64,000 bases of DNA from an uncultured delta proteobacterium (GTDB taxonomy: Bacteria > Myxococcota_A > Polyangia > Polyangiales > B10-G4): the NCBI GenBank assembly GCA_963727445.1, contig CAVSGI010000010.1:1088001-1152000 (forward strand), in the 5' to 3' direction. This document shows positions 10,111 to 23,079 of this stretch, piece by piece. Positions within the stretch are counted from its first letter, which is position 1. Every line of letters begins with the position of its first letter. The position numbers and the translations under genes were made by a program. The notes under the pieces were generated by a model, which saw only the letters and a program-made list of their open reading frames with translations, ran no database searches and was not told the DNA's origin.

Positions 10111-10139
10111 AGCCTCTCACAAAAGTTTCTAGAGAGGCT
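10111..10139. other. Inverted repeat AGCCTCTC-N13-GAGAGGCT (hairpin or operator)
   Basis: Perfect 8-bp arms at 10111-10118 and 10132-10139 in an AT-richer intergenic region. Confidence 0.4.
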
Positions 10140-10178
10140 TCAGACGCTGGATCCACCGTGATATGCGTCCGCGCCACG

Positions 10179-10529
10179 ATGCCTATCTTCGAGATCCGCG
10201 CGCTGCCCCAGGCCGAAACCTTCGACGCCGAAGCAGCCATGAAGAAGCTCTGCACCCGCGTGGCCCTCGCCACCCAGATGGACGAGAAGTCGGTCTGGGC
10301 CAGCTGGCACGAGCTCCCGCCCGGCCGCGAGGAGAGCGAGTGGGACGAGGGTGAGCCCATCGTCCGTGTCATCTCCTTCGAGGGTGAGTCGGACGCCCGC
10401 ATCGAGCGGCTGCTCGACACGGCGGCGCGCGTCGTGGCCAGCGAGCTGCACATCGACCCCCGCAAGGTGTGCGTGACCTACGAAGAGGCGCACAGCGGGC
10501 GGGTCGAGACCAACCACGCAACGCGCTAG
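10179..10529 (+). CDS. Tautomerase/MIF superfamily protein
   Basis: Met-Pro start (MPIFEI) would give the catalytic Pro1; two beta-alpha-beta-like halves (PIFEI...SVWASW and PIVRV...KVCVTY). Confidence 0.55.
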   Translation: MPIFEIRALPQAETFDAEAAMKKLCTRVALATQMDEKSVWASWHELPPGREESEWDEGEPIVRVISFEGESDARIERLLDTAARVVASELHIDPRKVCVTYEEAHSGRVETNHATR

Positions 10530-11224
10530 CGCGTCCGAAACCAGAGTCCCGTGCATTCGGGGACCGTCGTCCATCGTTCTTCGCGCACCCGTGTCGCGAA
10601 ATCGTCGCCGAAGAAGAAGCCGGTGATGCGCGCCGCATCCTCGACCGATGCGAAGCGATAGTCGGTGCGGATGGAGCGGCGCGACAGCCCGCGCTCGGTC
10701 TCGAGCCACGCGTAGTACTCGGCGAGCGCCGGGTTGGGCGGGTTGGGCTCCTCCGAGCCGGTGCCCAGAGTCTCGATGACCACGAGATGGCCGCCCCTAC
10801 GGGTGACCCGCTCCATCTCATCGAGCGCAGCGCCCACGGAGCGGCGCCAGTCGTCGGGCATCCAATGGCGGAAGTGACCGAAGACCCAGCCCGCCACGGC
10901 GAGATCGACGCTGCCGTTCGGGGCCGGGAGCGATCGCGCGTCGGCGACCTCGAAGCGGATGCGGTTCCCATGCTCGCCCAGTGAGCGCTCGGCTTGCTCC
11001 AGCATCGCCGACTCGGCGTCGGTCGCCAGGACGCGCCGCACGCCTTCACGCAGAAGCAGGCGGGTGATCCGTCCAGTGCCCGCGCCGACCTCGAGGACGT
11101 CGGCACCCGCGAGCCCGTGAACCGCGTCGAGCGCCGGCGCGAGATTGCCGTCGGCGTCCTCGTGGGCCACCAGCTCTTGGTAGCGGTCCGGATGGTGACG
11201 ATAGATGTTCTGATAGTCCTGCAT
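10526..11224 (-). CDS. Class I SAM-dependent methyltransferase
   Basis: VLEVGAGTGR motif I; ADARSLP; VDLAVAG. Confidence 0.85.
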   Translation of the reverse strand: MQDYQNIYRHHPDRYQELVAHEDADGNLAPALDAVHGLAGADVLEVGAGTGRITRLLLREGVRRVLATDAESAMLEQAERSLGEHGNRIRFEVADARSLPAPNGSVDLAVAGWVFGHFRHWMPDDWRRSVGAALDEMERVTRRGGHLVVIETLGTGSEEPNPPNPALAEYYAWLETERGLSRRSIRTDYRFASVEDAARITGFFFGDDFATRVREERWTTVPECTGLWFRTR

Positions 11225-11250
11225 CGGTCACGCGATACCATCGTCCCGAG

Positions 11251-12219
11251 ATGGGCGTCGAACGATTCGTTTGCGGGATCGCCATGGTGGTGACGCTCGC
11301 GCTCGCCGGATGCGGGACCAAGACCGGACTGCTCGTCGCGCGATGCGAAGACGCGGGGACGCGGGCGTGCACCACCGCCTGCGGGCCGGGCGTCCAGAGC
11401 TGCGTGGACGGGTACTGGCAGGCGTGTGAGCTCGACCCCGCCGTGCTCGCCTGCGAAGACGCGTGCGGGTCGGGAACGCGCGAGTGCACCGACGATGGAC
11501 TGAGCGAGTGCGCCGTGCCCGTGGTCGAACGGCCCTGCACGGTGCCGTGCGGAGAGGGGATTGAGACCTGCCGCGACGGCCGCTGGGGCCCGTGCTCGGC
11601 GCCCCATCCGCTGCCGCCCGTCGTCATGGCGACGGTGCGCGACTTCCACGAGTCCCATCCCGACTTCGAGCGGATGGCCATCGGCTCCGACCCCGGCATC
11701 GTGGAGACGATGCTCGGCGCGGACGACCTCCCGGTCTACGCGGGGCCGACGCCCACCACCTCGGGTCGCACGGAATTCGACCAGTGGTACCGCGACGTAC
11801 CGGGCGTGAATCTGAGCGCGCCCCTCGACCTCCGCCTCGCGCCCGACGGACCGGAGGCGTCCACCTTCGTCTTCGACGACCCGATGTTCTTCCCCATCGA
11901 CGACCGCCTCTTCGGCAACGAAGGCCGGATGCACAACTTCCACTTCACGGTGGCCGCCGTCACTTCCTTCATCTACGAGGGCGGCGAGACCTTCCGCTTC
12001 CGCGGCGACGACGACGTCTTCGTCTTCATCGACCGGCGCCTGGTCATCGACCTCGGCGGCGTGCACAGCGCCGAGGAGGGTGAGGTGGCCGTGGACGACC
12101 TCGGCCTGGTCCCCGGCGAACGCTACCTGCTCCACGTGTTCTTCGCCGAGCGCCACACGACGCTTTCGTCTTTTCGCATCGAGACGACGCTCTCGGACCC
12201 GGTCTTGCGCTGCGAGTGA
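11251..12219 (+). CDS. Fibro-slime/PA14 domain lipoprotein with Cys-rich repeats
   Basis: Lipobox LAGC; TVRDFHESHPDFE, FDQWYRD, FFPIDD, HNFHFT, GDDDVFVFI and FFAERH motifs. Confidence 0.85.
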   Translation: MGVERFVCGIAMVVTLALAGCGTKTGLLVARCEDAGTRACTTACGPGVQSCVDGYWQACELDPAVLACEDACGSGTRECTDDGLSECAVPVVERPCTVPCGEGIETCRDGRWGPCSAPHPLPPVVMATVRDFHESHPDFERMAIGSDPGIVETMLGADDLPVYAGPTPTTSGRTEFDQWYRDVPGVNLSAPLDLRLAPDGPEASTFVFDDPMFFPIDDRLFGNEGRMHNFHFTVAAVTSFIYEGGETFRFRGDDDVFVFIDRRLVIDLGGVHSAEEGEVAVDDLGLVPGERYLLHVFFAERHTTLSSFRIETTLSDPVLRCE

Positions 12220-12228
12220 CGCTGGCAG

Positions 12229-13503
12229 TCACGGCTCTGCGAGACGCCGGCGCATGAGCGCGCGAAGTGCATCGGAGGGCGCCGCTTCGAGGGCTGCGTC
12301 ACGATGACGCAGGGCGAGCTCCCCTCGGCCGGCGCGTCGATACAGGTCCGCCAGCGCCGCATCGAAGAGGTAGTGACCTGCGAGCCAGCTCGGCGGCACG
12401 ACACCTTCGAGCAGAGCGAGGCCGGCCTCGGCGCCCTCGGCTTCGGCGGTGGCGATGGCCCGGTTCAGCACGTGGATGGGCGACGGCTCGGTGTGCTCCA
12501 GCAACCGGTAGAGGCCGGCGATCTTCGACCACTTGGTTTCGGCGAAGGACGGTGCGAAGCAATGCTCGGCGGCGATGGCGGCCTCGACGTGAAAACGGCT
12601 GAGCTCCTCGCCCTGAGCCGCCCGCTCGAGAAAGTGCGCGCCGGCGCCCAAGTGCGCCGCGTCCCAGAGGCTCCTGTCCTGTTCTTCGAGGAGCAGAAGC
12701 CCGCCGCTCGCATCCTGACGCGCGGCCAGGCGGGCCGCGTGAAGGTGCATGAGGGCCAGAAGGGCGAAGGTCTCGGGAGTGCCGCCGACCGGATGCTCGG
12801 CCAACGCACCACCGAGACGGATCGCCTCGTCACAGAGCTCGACGCGTATCGCGGCGTCGTCGTGGAGCGACAGGTAGCCCTCGTTGAAGAGGAGGTAGAG
12901 AACACTCCGCACGCTCGAGAGCCGCGAGCGCAGCGCTTCGAGGGGCGGCGTTTCGGTGTCCACCGCCAGCTCCGAGAGCCGCGCGCGGGCGCGCTCGAGC
13001 CGCTTGTAGACGTTGGCCTCGGTAGTGAAGAGGCGAAAGGCGATCTCGCTCACGCTGAAGCCGCACAGGGTCTTGAGCGCCAGCACCAGCCGCGAATCGC
13101 GCGGGATCTCGTCGGCACAGCAGACGAAGAGCATCCGCAGGAGCTCGTCCTTCACCTCGCCTTCGAAGGCCGGGGGCTCTGGCTCGGTGATCGCCTTCGA
13201 GACGGCGCGAGCGGCAGCGGCGTCGAGGATCCTGTTGTGGCGCCGCTCCTTCCGAAGCGCGTCGAGAAGATCCCGGTGAGCGACGCGGTAGAGCCACGCC
13301 GTCGGGTCCGCGGGGACGCCGTCCCGTTCCCACGCGCGATGTGCGACCAGGAGCGCATCTTGAACGACGTCCTCCACCGTCTCGAGATGGGAGAGCCCCA
13401 CGCGGCCCACCAACACGGCCACCAGTCGCGCGTAGTGATGTCGGAAGTGGTGCTCGAGAACCCCCGCCGGAGGCGTCGAGCCTCCGCCGGAGGCGCTCGT
13501 CAC
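12229..13503 (-). CDS. ECF sigma-70 factor with C-terminal TPR-like extension (YciI-associated type)
   Basis: GTG at 13503 overlaps the YciI stop; EDVVQDAL, LRMLFVCC, LYLLFNEGY and LLEEQDRSLWD motifs. Confidence 0.85.
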   Translation of the reverse strand: MTSASGGGSTPPAGVLEHHFRHHYARLVAVLVGRVGLSHLETVEDVVQDALLVAHRAWERDGVPADPTAWLYRVAHRDLLDALRKERRHNRILDAAAARAVSKAITEPEPPAFEGEVKDELLRMLFVCCADEIPRDSRLVLALKTLCGFSVSEIAFRLFTTEANVYKRLERARARLSELAVDTETPPLEALRSRLSSVRSVLYLLFNEGYLSLHDDAAIRVELCDEAIRLGGALAEHPVGGTPETFALLALMHLHAARLAARQDASGGLLLLEEQDRSLWDAAHLGAGAHFLERAAQGEELSRFHVEAAIAAEHCFAPSFAETKWSKIAGLYRLLEHTEPSPIHVLNRAIATAEAEGAEAGLALLEGVVPPSWLAGHYLFDAALADLYRRAGRGELALRHRDAALEAAPSDALRALMRRRLAEP

Positions 13504-13856
13504 ATGCCGCCTGCGAGCTCGCGAATCTCCATGAAGCCGCCGGGCTCCTGGATCGCCGGGCAGGCCTTCATCACCTCCACCGCCCCTTCGTAGCTCTCGG
13601 CGGAGAGGATCATGTAGCCGCCGATGAGCTCCTTGGCTTCGACATAGGGCCCGTCGGCGACCCCGGAGGCGCTGACCATCTTGCCGTCCGACTTCAGCTT
13701 GGCGCCTGGATCGAGGATCCGGTCCTCGAACTTCTTCATCCACTCGCCATAGGCGGCGAACATCTTCTGCATCTCCTCGGGGGACGGCGGCTTCGCAGCG
13801 GCTGGCCGCTCGCCCGGCTCGCGGCGAAAGAGGACGAGGTACTTGTGCTGGGCCAT
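13500..13856 (-). CDS. YciI/DGPF-domain protein
   Basis: DGPYVEAKELIGGY motif; RBS AGGAG; coupled to the ECF sigma gene. Confidence 0.85.
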   Translation of the reverse strand: MAQHKYLVLFRREPGERPAAAKPPSPEEMQKMFAAYGEWMKKFEDRILDPGAKLKSDGKMVSASGVADGPYVEAKELIGGYMILSAESYEGAVEVMKACPAIQEPGGFMEIRELAGGM

Positions 13857-13955
13857 GGATCTCCTGTGTTCGGGGCGCCTTTCGCCCTCTTTCCACTCAG
13901 GCGCGCGAGCGCGTCCTCTTTGGACAGCTCTCGATCATTTTCGGCAGACCGAGAT

Positions 13956-14777
13956 TCAGCCGCAATATCCGATCTCCCGGGCACCGAGCATCAGAGGAGG
14001 GCTGAGGGAACGACAGGCGGCGGCCCCGCAACCGCCGGCGCCCACCTCGCACGTCGGCTGGCAGGAGCCTCCCATGCACACCAGCTGTGGTCCGCACATG
14101 AACTCTGGACATGGCTCCCCTTCCGCGGGGAGGGCCGGATCGTGGCAGACCGGCACGTAGGTGAGTGCGCGCGCCGGGACGTCGCGGGTGAGCGCGACTC
14201 CACAGCCCGCTCCGCCGCCACACCCGCTGCCCGCGATGGGATCGCAGGACGAAGCACAAGCCCCGACGTCTTCGGTGCGGACGACGAGCTCGATGCAGGT
14301 CCGTCCCCCACAGTCGGCCGAGGAGGCACAGTAGGGTGTGCAGAGGCCCGTCGAAAAGCCGGTGGCCACACAAACCAGCGCCGTGTCGCATTCCGAGTTC
14401 ACCAGGCAGGTCTCGTTGACGCCCGACGTCCCGGGCGCTTCGCAGCCCCGCGTCGGGTCGTCGCCCAGGGGGCGCTGACAGGCGAGCCCCGCCGCGCATC
14501 CGCACTGCGGCGCCACCAGCTTGCAGGGGGACTCGTCACAGGGACCGACGTCGGGCGGTCCGGTGTCGATCGCCGCGTCGGCAGGCGCAACGGCGTCGGC
14601 CGCCGAGGCGTCGTGGGGCACGGCGCCGTCCGCATCCGCCCCATCCATCGCCGTGTCCAGGGGCGAGCCGTCCGGCATCGCGTCGAGCCCCCCGTCCTCC
14701 GTGGTCAGCGCAGACGAGTAGCCCACTCGGCCGCATCCGATACAGATCAACAGCAACAGCGACGAGAGTCCGCGCAA
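13956..14777 (-). CDS. Cys-rich lipoprotein, hypothetical
   Basis: Signal peptide ending IGC-GRVGY; DAA/DGG linker; multiple Cys-rich modules. Confidence 0.7.
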   Translation of the reverse strand: MRGLSSLLLLICIGCGRVGYSSALTTEDGGLDAMPDGSPLDTAMDGADADGAVPHDASAADAVAPADAAIDTGPPDVGPCDESPCKLVAPQCGCAAGLACQRPLGDDPTRGCEAPGTSGVNETCLVNSECDTALVCVATGFSTGLCTPYCASSADCGGRTCIELVVRTEDVGACASSCDPIAGSGCGGGAGCGVALTRDVPARALTYVPVCHDPALPAEGEPCPEFMCGPQLVCMGGSCQPTCEVGAGGCGAAACRSLSPPLMLGAREIGYCG

Positions 14778-14867
14778 TACCCCGTGGAGGGTAGCACCGT
14801 GACTCGCCGATGGTCGTCATGGCGATCCCCACTTTTCCTGCCCGGTCGCTGGTCCTACTCTGTCCTC

Positions 14868-16271
14868 GTGACGGCCCTCCCCACCCTCAGTGAGATCGCC
14901 GCGCGGCGCATCGCCGACGATGGCGGCGAGCACGCGCGGGTGGACGGCCTGCCGCCGGGCCCCACCGCCAACCCGTGGCTCCAGCTCGCGGGCTTCCTCT
15001 TTCGTCCCATTCCCTTCCTCTCCGCCTGTCGCGAGCAGTACGGCGACCACCTCACGCTCCGGCTCCCATCGACGCCTCCCATCGTGCAGTTCTCCGATCC
15101 GAGCGCCGTGAAGCAGGTGTTCGCCGCTTCGATGGATGCGATGCACGCCGGTCAGGCGAACCAGGTGCTCGCGCCGTTCCTCGGCCGGCACTCGGTCCTG
15201 GTTCTCGATGGGTCACGCCACCGTGCCCAGCGACGCCTGCTCCTTCCGCCGTTTCGCGGAGAGCGCATGCGCGCCTACGGCGCGGCCATGCGCGACATCA
15301 CGAACGCGCGCATCGCCCGCTGGCCCAAGGGCCGCACCTTCCGCATGCAGACCGAGACCCAGGCCATCACCCTGGACGTGATCCTGCGAACGGTCTTCGG
15401 CATGGAGGAGGGCGCCGCGATGGATTCGATGCGCGACAAGCTGGTGAAGGCCACGCGCATCCTCGACAACCCGCTCTTCTTGATCGGCGCCTTTCAACGC
15501 GACCTCGGGCCGCGCTCACCGTGGGGCCGCTTCCTCCGGCTCCGGCGAGCCGCCTACGAAGAGACGCTCGAGCTGCTCGCGCTCCGCCGCCGCGAGGGAT
15601 ACGAGGAGCGCGACGACATCCTGTCGATGCTCCTCGGGGCGACCTACGAAGACGGCTCGCCGATGACGGACGAAGAGATCTTCGACGAGCTGTTGACCCT
15701 CCTGGTGGCCGGCCACGAGACGACCGCCACCGCGCTCTCCTGGACGATTCACCGGTTGACCCGCCACCCCGCCGTGCTCCGGCGCGTCCAGCGCGAGATC
15801 GACGACGTGTTCCCAGACGGCGAGATCGATCCCGACAGGAGCTCGGAGCTCCACTATCTCGACGCGATGATCAAGGAGTCGCTGCGCATCCATCCGGTGA
15901 TCCCCGGCGTGGGCCGCGTGCTCATGGAGCGCGAGACGGTGGGTGGCGAGTCGCTGCCGCCCGGGGTGGTCGTGGGGTGCAGCATCTACCTCGCCCACAT
16001 GAACCCCGAGGTGTGGCCCGAGCCGGAGCGCTTCGATCCCGATCGCTTCCTCGGCAAGCGCCCCAGCCCCAACACCTACTTCCCCTTCGGCGGCGGGATC
16101 CGCCGATGCATCGGCGAAGCCTTCGCGCTCTACGAGATGCGGATCGTCCTCGCGACCGTCCTTTCGCGCCTCGTCCCCGAGCGCGCGCCATTCCACCAGA
16201 TCGGCACCATGCGCCGGAACATCACGCTCACGCCTTCGGGCGGCTTGCCCATCCGGTTTCGCCCGCGCTGA
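14868..16271 (+). CDS. Cytochrome P450
   Basis: AGHETT I-helix; ESLR K-helix; PERFDP; heme motif FPFGGGIRRCIG; start uncertain (GTG 14868). Confidence 0.92.
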   Translation: MTALPTLSEIAARRIADDGGEHARVDGLPPGPTANPWLQLAGFLFRPIPFLSACREQYGDHLTLRLPSTPPIVQFSDPSAVKQVFAASMDAMHAGQANQVLAPFLGRHSVLVLDGSRHRAQRRLLLPPFRGERMRAYGAAMRDITNARIARWPKGRTFRMQTETQAITLDVILRTVFGMEEGAAMDSMRDKLVKATRILDNPLFLIGAFQRDLGPRSPWGRFLRLRRAAYEETLELLALRRREGYEERDDILSMLLGATYEDGSPMTDEEIFDELLTLLVAGHETTATALSWTIHRLTRHPAVLRRVQREIDDVFPDGEIDPDRSSELHYLDAMIKESLRIHPVIPGVGRVLMERETVGGESLPPGVVVGCSIYLAHMNPEVWPEPERFDPDRFLGKRPSPNTYFPFGGGIRRCIGEAFALYEMRIVLATVLSRLVPERAPFHQIGTMRRNITLTPSGGLPIRFRPR

Positions 16272-16321
16272 TGGGGCTGCTGGTCTTGCTCTCGTAGCCC
16301 ATACGCCTCACCTTGGCGGCC

Positions 16322-16885
16322 ATGGCCGAGCTCGTGACGATCCGCCAACTCGCCAATCCCGTCGAAGCGGAGATGCTGGTGGACCTCCTCGCGCAGGAAG
16401 GCATCACCGCCATCGTGCCGGGCAAAGAGCACAACGCGATGATGGGTGGGCTCATCGCGTCGGCGCTGCAGATGCCGCTCAAGGTCCCGGCCGATCAAGC
16501 GGAGCGCGCCCTGGCGGTCCTGTCCGCGCTCGACGACTACGACGACGTCGATCCCCTCGACGCCGCGCCGAACGCCCCCGAGGCGATGGAGCTCGAAGGT
16601 GACGGCCCCTATCGCGGCGGCCCGGCGCGCGACGACGCCATGCCGCCGCGGAAGAAGCGCGTGGCCATCGCCGCGGGCCTCTTTCTGCCGATGGTCTTCG
16701 GGTGCTTCGGCGGCGCGCACTTCTACGTGCGCTCGTACGCGCGCGGCTTCGGCCTGATGGCGACCGCGTGGGTCGCGGCATATCTGGGCATCACCGGTCA
16801 TCCGCTCGCGTGGATCGTGCCGCCGGTCGTCGTGCTGATCGACATCTTCGGCGCGCTCGGCGTGATCGACCGCCTCGCACGCTGA
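16322..16885 (+). CDS. DUF2007-like (putative signal-transducing) membrane protein
   Basis: NPVEAEMLVDLLAQEGI N-terminal motif; about three C-terminal hydrophobic segments. Confidence 0.6.
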   Translation: MAELVTIRQLANPVEAEMLVDLLAQEGITAIVPGKEHNAMMGGLIASALQMPLKVPADQAERALAVLSALDDYDDVDPLDAAPNAPEAMELEGDGPYRGGPARDDAMPPRKKRVAIAAGLFLPMVFGCFGGAHFYVRSYARGFGLMATAWVAAYLGITGHPLAWIVPPVVVLIDIFGALGVIDRLAR

Positions 16886-16889
16886 GCTG

Positions 16890-17657
16890 TCACGCCGCCG
16901 CGGCCACCTCGCCCAGCCACTTGCCGAGCTCTCCGGGTGGGCGACCGAGCGCCACCGCGTGCACCGCCCGCGCAGCCCACAGGAGCTCCGGCCAGCTCGC
17001 CCAACCGGTGTCGAGATTCAACGGCAGTTGGTGCAGGTAGTTGTGAAACGCCTGCATCAGCAGGTCTTCGCCTGCGTCGTGGAGCATGCAGCGCGCGAGG
17101 AAGATCGCCGAGTTGTGCGGCCCGCGCAGCTCCTGGGTCGCCGGGTCAGGGGGCTGTGCAGCGGGTTCCGTGAACAGAAACGGCCTGAGCCCGTCGGCCC
17201 GACCCCAGGCCAGGCTCGCCCAGGCGATCCGGAGGGTGTCCACCTCGTCATCCATCTCGAGCGCGCGTAGCTCGTCGAGCAAGCCCGCCGGCTCCTCCGG
17301 CTTCACCTCCTCCCCCAGCCCCTCCGCGAGGGCGAAGATCGCCAGCGGCGTGAGCGGCCAGGTCCGGAGATCCTCTTTCAGGGTGGAGTCCTCCGCGACC
17401 ATCTCCCTCGCCCAAGCGAGCAGCTGGGCTGCCGGTCGCGCCATGAACCCGCCCTGACCCATCGCCACCCCACGACAGAGCATGGCGGTCGCGTCATAGA
17501 GGGTGAGCCTCTCCATGGCCCACGGGCGCCCCTTGTCTCTGCTGTTCCGGATTTCCTTGATGAAGTAGGCGAAATCGAGAGCGTGGGCGCGGGGGTCGCT
17601 GGCCAGCTTGGCTCGCAGCTCCGGCCACACGGTGGGTCGTGACGCCTCTTCCTTCAC
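16890..17657 (-). CDS. Hypothetical protein (helical)
   Basis: 255-aa ORF with ordinary composition filling the gap; no motif recognised. Confidence 0.6.
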   Translation of the reverse strand: MKEEASRPTVWPELRAKLASDPRAHALDFAYFIKEIRNSRDKGRPWAMERLTLYDATAMLCRGVAMGQGGFMARPAAQLLAWAREMVAEDSTLKEDLRTWPLTPLAIFALAEGLGEEVKPEEPAGLLDELRALEMDDEVDTLRIAWASLAWGRADGLRPFLFTEPAAQPPDPATQELRGPHNSAIFLARCMLHDAGEDLLMQAFHNYLHQLPLNLDTGWASWPELLWAARAVHAVALGRPPGELGKWLGEVAAAA

Positions 17658-17699
17658 ACCCGGTCCTACGCGTCGTGGGGAGTCTTGCTTCCCAACGGT

Positions 17700-18936
17700 C
17701 TATACGCAGACGCCGCCGCTGCAGTTACCCCTGCAGCACTGGTCGTCCATGCTGCAGCCCACTCCGAGCCGTATGCAGCACACGCCCAGGTTGCAGTTGT
17801 GCCCGTTGCAACACTGGGCGTCGCTCGAACACCCGAAACGGATCGGAACGCAACACGCGCCACTGACGCACGCGCGGTCGTCGCAGCAGTCGGACTGAGC
17901 CGAGCAGCTCTGGTAGATCTGCCTGCAGCACGTGCCCCGGGTCGGGGAGCAGGCGAGCCCGCTGCAGCACTGGGCGGCGCCGGGCGTGCACCCGCCGGTG
18001 AAATCGACGCAAGCGCACGTCCCGCCCTGGCACCTCGTGGTGGAGCTGCACGTGCCGCAGGCGTCGGCGCCGCCGAACCCGTTCCGGGCCGGACCACAGG
18101 ACAGGCCGCTGCAGTCCGGCGGGGGATCGACGCACGTGCTCCCCGAGCACGTCTGCGGGCTCGGGCAGCTGCCGCAGCTGCCGCCGCAGCCGTCGTCACC
18201 GCACGTGCGCCCGCTGCAATCCGGCGTGCACGACACGACGCAGTTTCCGTCGACGCAGCTCCCCGCCATGCAGCTGCCGCAGCTCCCTCCGCAGCCGTCG
18301 TCACCACACGTGTGACCGGTGCAATCCGGCGTGCACGTGGTGCCGTCGTCGGGCGCGCCGCCGTCCATCGGCGGCTCCACGAGTGGCAGACATCCCTGGG
18401 TGGCGCTGCAGTACTCGTCCATCGCGCAGGCGCCCGGGACGGGCGGATAGAGACACAATCCATCGGTGCACGCGACGGTTGCACAGGTGGCCGCAGGCGG
18501 CTCGCAGTCCGCCGGCATGCGGCAGTCCGGCGTACACCCGTCGGGACTGGAGCAGTTGCGTGCGATGAGCACCGTCAGCGCCGTCCCTCGCACGAGCTCG
18601 ACTGGAATCTGGCGCGCCGCCAGGATGCGACCGACGGAGTCGAGGATGGACACGGTGACGACGTAGCTCCCGGGCGCGACTTCGAGCTCGGCCACACGCT
18701 TTCCGTCGATGAAGTCGTCGGAGGCGAGCGCAGCGCGATCCTCTCGGCCGACGGCCGGCTCACCCGGAGTGGGGTCGGCGTGCTCGAATCTCCGTGCGTA
18801 CGGCGAAGAAGTCTCCGCCGGGCGCGTAGTCCGTTCGGAGGTCGACCACGACGGGGAAATGTCCGTCGCCGGAGCAGGCCGAGGCCGCGAGCACGAGGCC
18901 GAAGGCGGCGAGCGCGATGCGGACGAACGGCCTCAC
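17700..18936 (-). pseudogene. Cys-rich lipoprotein interrupted by a +1 frameshift near 18788 (possibly a sequencing error)
   Basis: Lipobox ASAC and VVDLRTDYAPG...RTEI in one frame; removing one T from GAGATTCGAG joins it to EHADPT...DDFIDGKRVAELEV and the 17700-18695 ORF, which has duplicated CTPDC..CGDDGCGGSCGSC repeats. Confidence 0.7.
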
Positions 18937-19060
18937 TCCGCTAGGATACGCCTTCCGTCCAATCACTCGGATGGCTGCAATCCTCGGGATTGTCGGGCTG
19001 CTCGCGCATCGCGAAGCAAATGTAAGTGCATTTCTGCGCGTTTTCTGGCCCCAATTGGGT

Positions 19061-21513
<2,453 letters not shown>

Positions 21514-21517
<4 letters not shown>

Positions 21518-22935
21518 AGAAGCTCACCCGACGCAGGTTCCTGGGTGCAGCCGCGTTGACGGGCGGCGCCACCTTCCTGACGCCACTCGTCTCGCGTCTC
21601 GTCTCGGCCGATCCGGGCGGCAGCTGTCGCTTCGTGTTCATCGTCGAGGGCAACGGCTACGAGCCGGTCAACGTACTCTCCGACACCGCGCGCGCCGCGC
21701 TCGATGCGACGATGAGCTCACCCATCGACAGCGACCGATGGTGGTATCGAAAGTATGCGCACGACACGCCCCTCGACATCGCCACACCCGATCTCGACTC
21801 GGCGATTGGCCTCGGGGCGCTCTCGATGCAAGGCGTCCTCCCGCAGGCGACGGTGCTCCTCGGCCTCTCGTCGAAGATCGTCGGCGGCGGGCACTCGGCC
21901 TTCCACGGCGCGTTGAGCTCGGCACGAACCGTGGGCGGCCGCGCCGGCGGCCCGACGATCGACGCCTACCTCGGATCGCTCCCGCAGGTTCGGGGCATGT
22001 CGCCCTTCGATGTCGTTCGCCTCGGCGTCGGCACCGGCCGCGCCCTGAACTTCGGCACCTGTGCCTACGGGGCCGGCCGGCCCGCACCGATGATGCTGCT
22101 TCCCAACACGGCGTACTCGGTGCTCTTCGGCTCGGTGGCGTCGAGCGCCGCGGCGCGCGACGCGTTCCTGCAGCGCGGCTCGCTCCTCGACTTCGCGCAC
22201 GGAGACGTCGCGGCCACCCTGAGCGAGTTCAACGGCAGCTCGGTCGAGCGGGCGAAGCTCGAGCAATATCTCGCCTCCCTCGAAGAGCTCTCGGCGCGCC
22301 AGGAGCGCCTCATCGCGCTCGAAGACACGCTCGCGGCCAACGCCCCCGAGGCGCCCGCGACCAATCCGCTCTACACCGGCGAGCCTCTCGACACGCTCGC
22401 AGCTCAGCTCGAGCTCGCGACCGCCGCGCTCATGGGCGAGCTCACCAACGTCGTCGTGGTGGGCTCGGGCACGGGGGGCGATTTCGGTCTCACCTACACC
22501 TCCGTTTCTCCCGTCGGCCGCCACGACATGCAGCATCAGTCCGGCAGCGACCCCGCGATGCTCGACGCGGTGCACACGGTCACCCGGCGCGAGCTCGACC
22601 TCGTCGCGCAGCTGGCGCGGCGGCTCGACGACACGCCCGACGTGGCGGGCGGCACGATGCTCGACCACACCGTCATCGTCTACGTCGGCGACAACGGCGA
22701 GCAGCACCACTCGACCGCGAGCGAGTTCCCCGTCGTCATGCTGGGTGGCAGCGCCCTCGGCCTGCGCGCCGGCGGCCGCACCGTGGCCTATCCGGGCATG
22801 AACGACGACAACCACCGCCAGCTCTCGAACCTTTGGAACACGCTCGGTCACGTTGCCGGTGAAGATCTCAACGACTTCGGCAACGAGGGACCGGCGCGGC
22901 GGGCCGAGGGACCCCTCCCCGAGCTGCTCACCTAG
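21514..22935 (+). CDS. DUF1552 family Tat-exported protein
   Basis: ATGA overlap with the upstream stop; twin-arginine TRRRFLG; ERAKLEQYLASL; GTMLDHTVIV; PVVMLGG. Confidence 0.8.
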
Positions 22936-23079
22936 CGCACTAGCTGTCGTGATCCTGGTCACTTGGACCGACACGTGGCATTTCGCCACATCCTCGACGT
23001 TTCCCGAATGTTGCGGACGGGGGGAAACGCCGTCGTGAGTCCTCGCATTGGGAGTATGGGGACTGTCGCAGGTGACTCT

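Noticed and set aside
13464..13496. Short direct repeat CCGCCGGAGGCG in the ECF sigma 5' end
   Set aside because: Short, GC-only and within coding sequence; plausible by chance
13341..14867. Long N-terminal extension on the P450 (976-aa ORF)
   Set aside because: It overlaps minus-strand genes; P450-like sequence begins only near 14868
10526..16271. Biosynthetic gene cluster around the methyltransferase and P450
   Set aside because: No core synthase or precursor peptide seen, and the genes are scattered in different orientations
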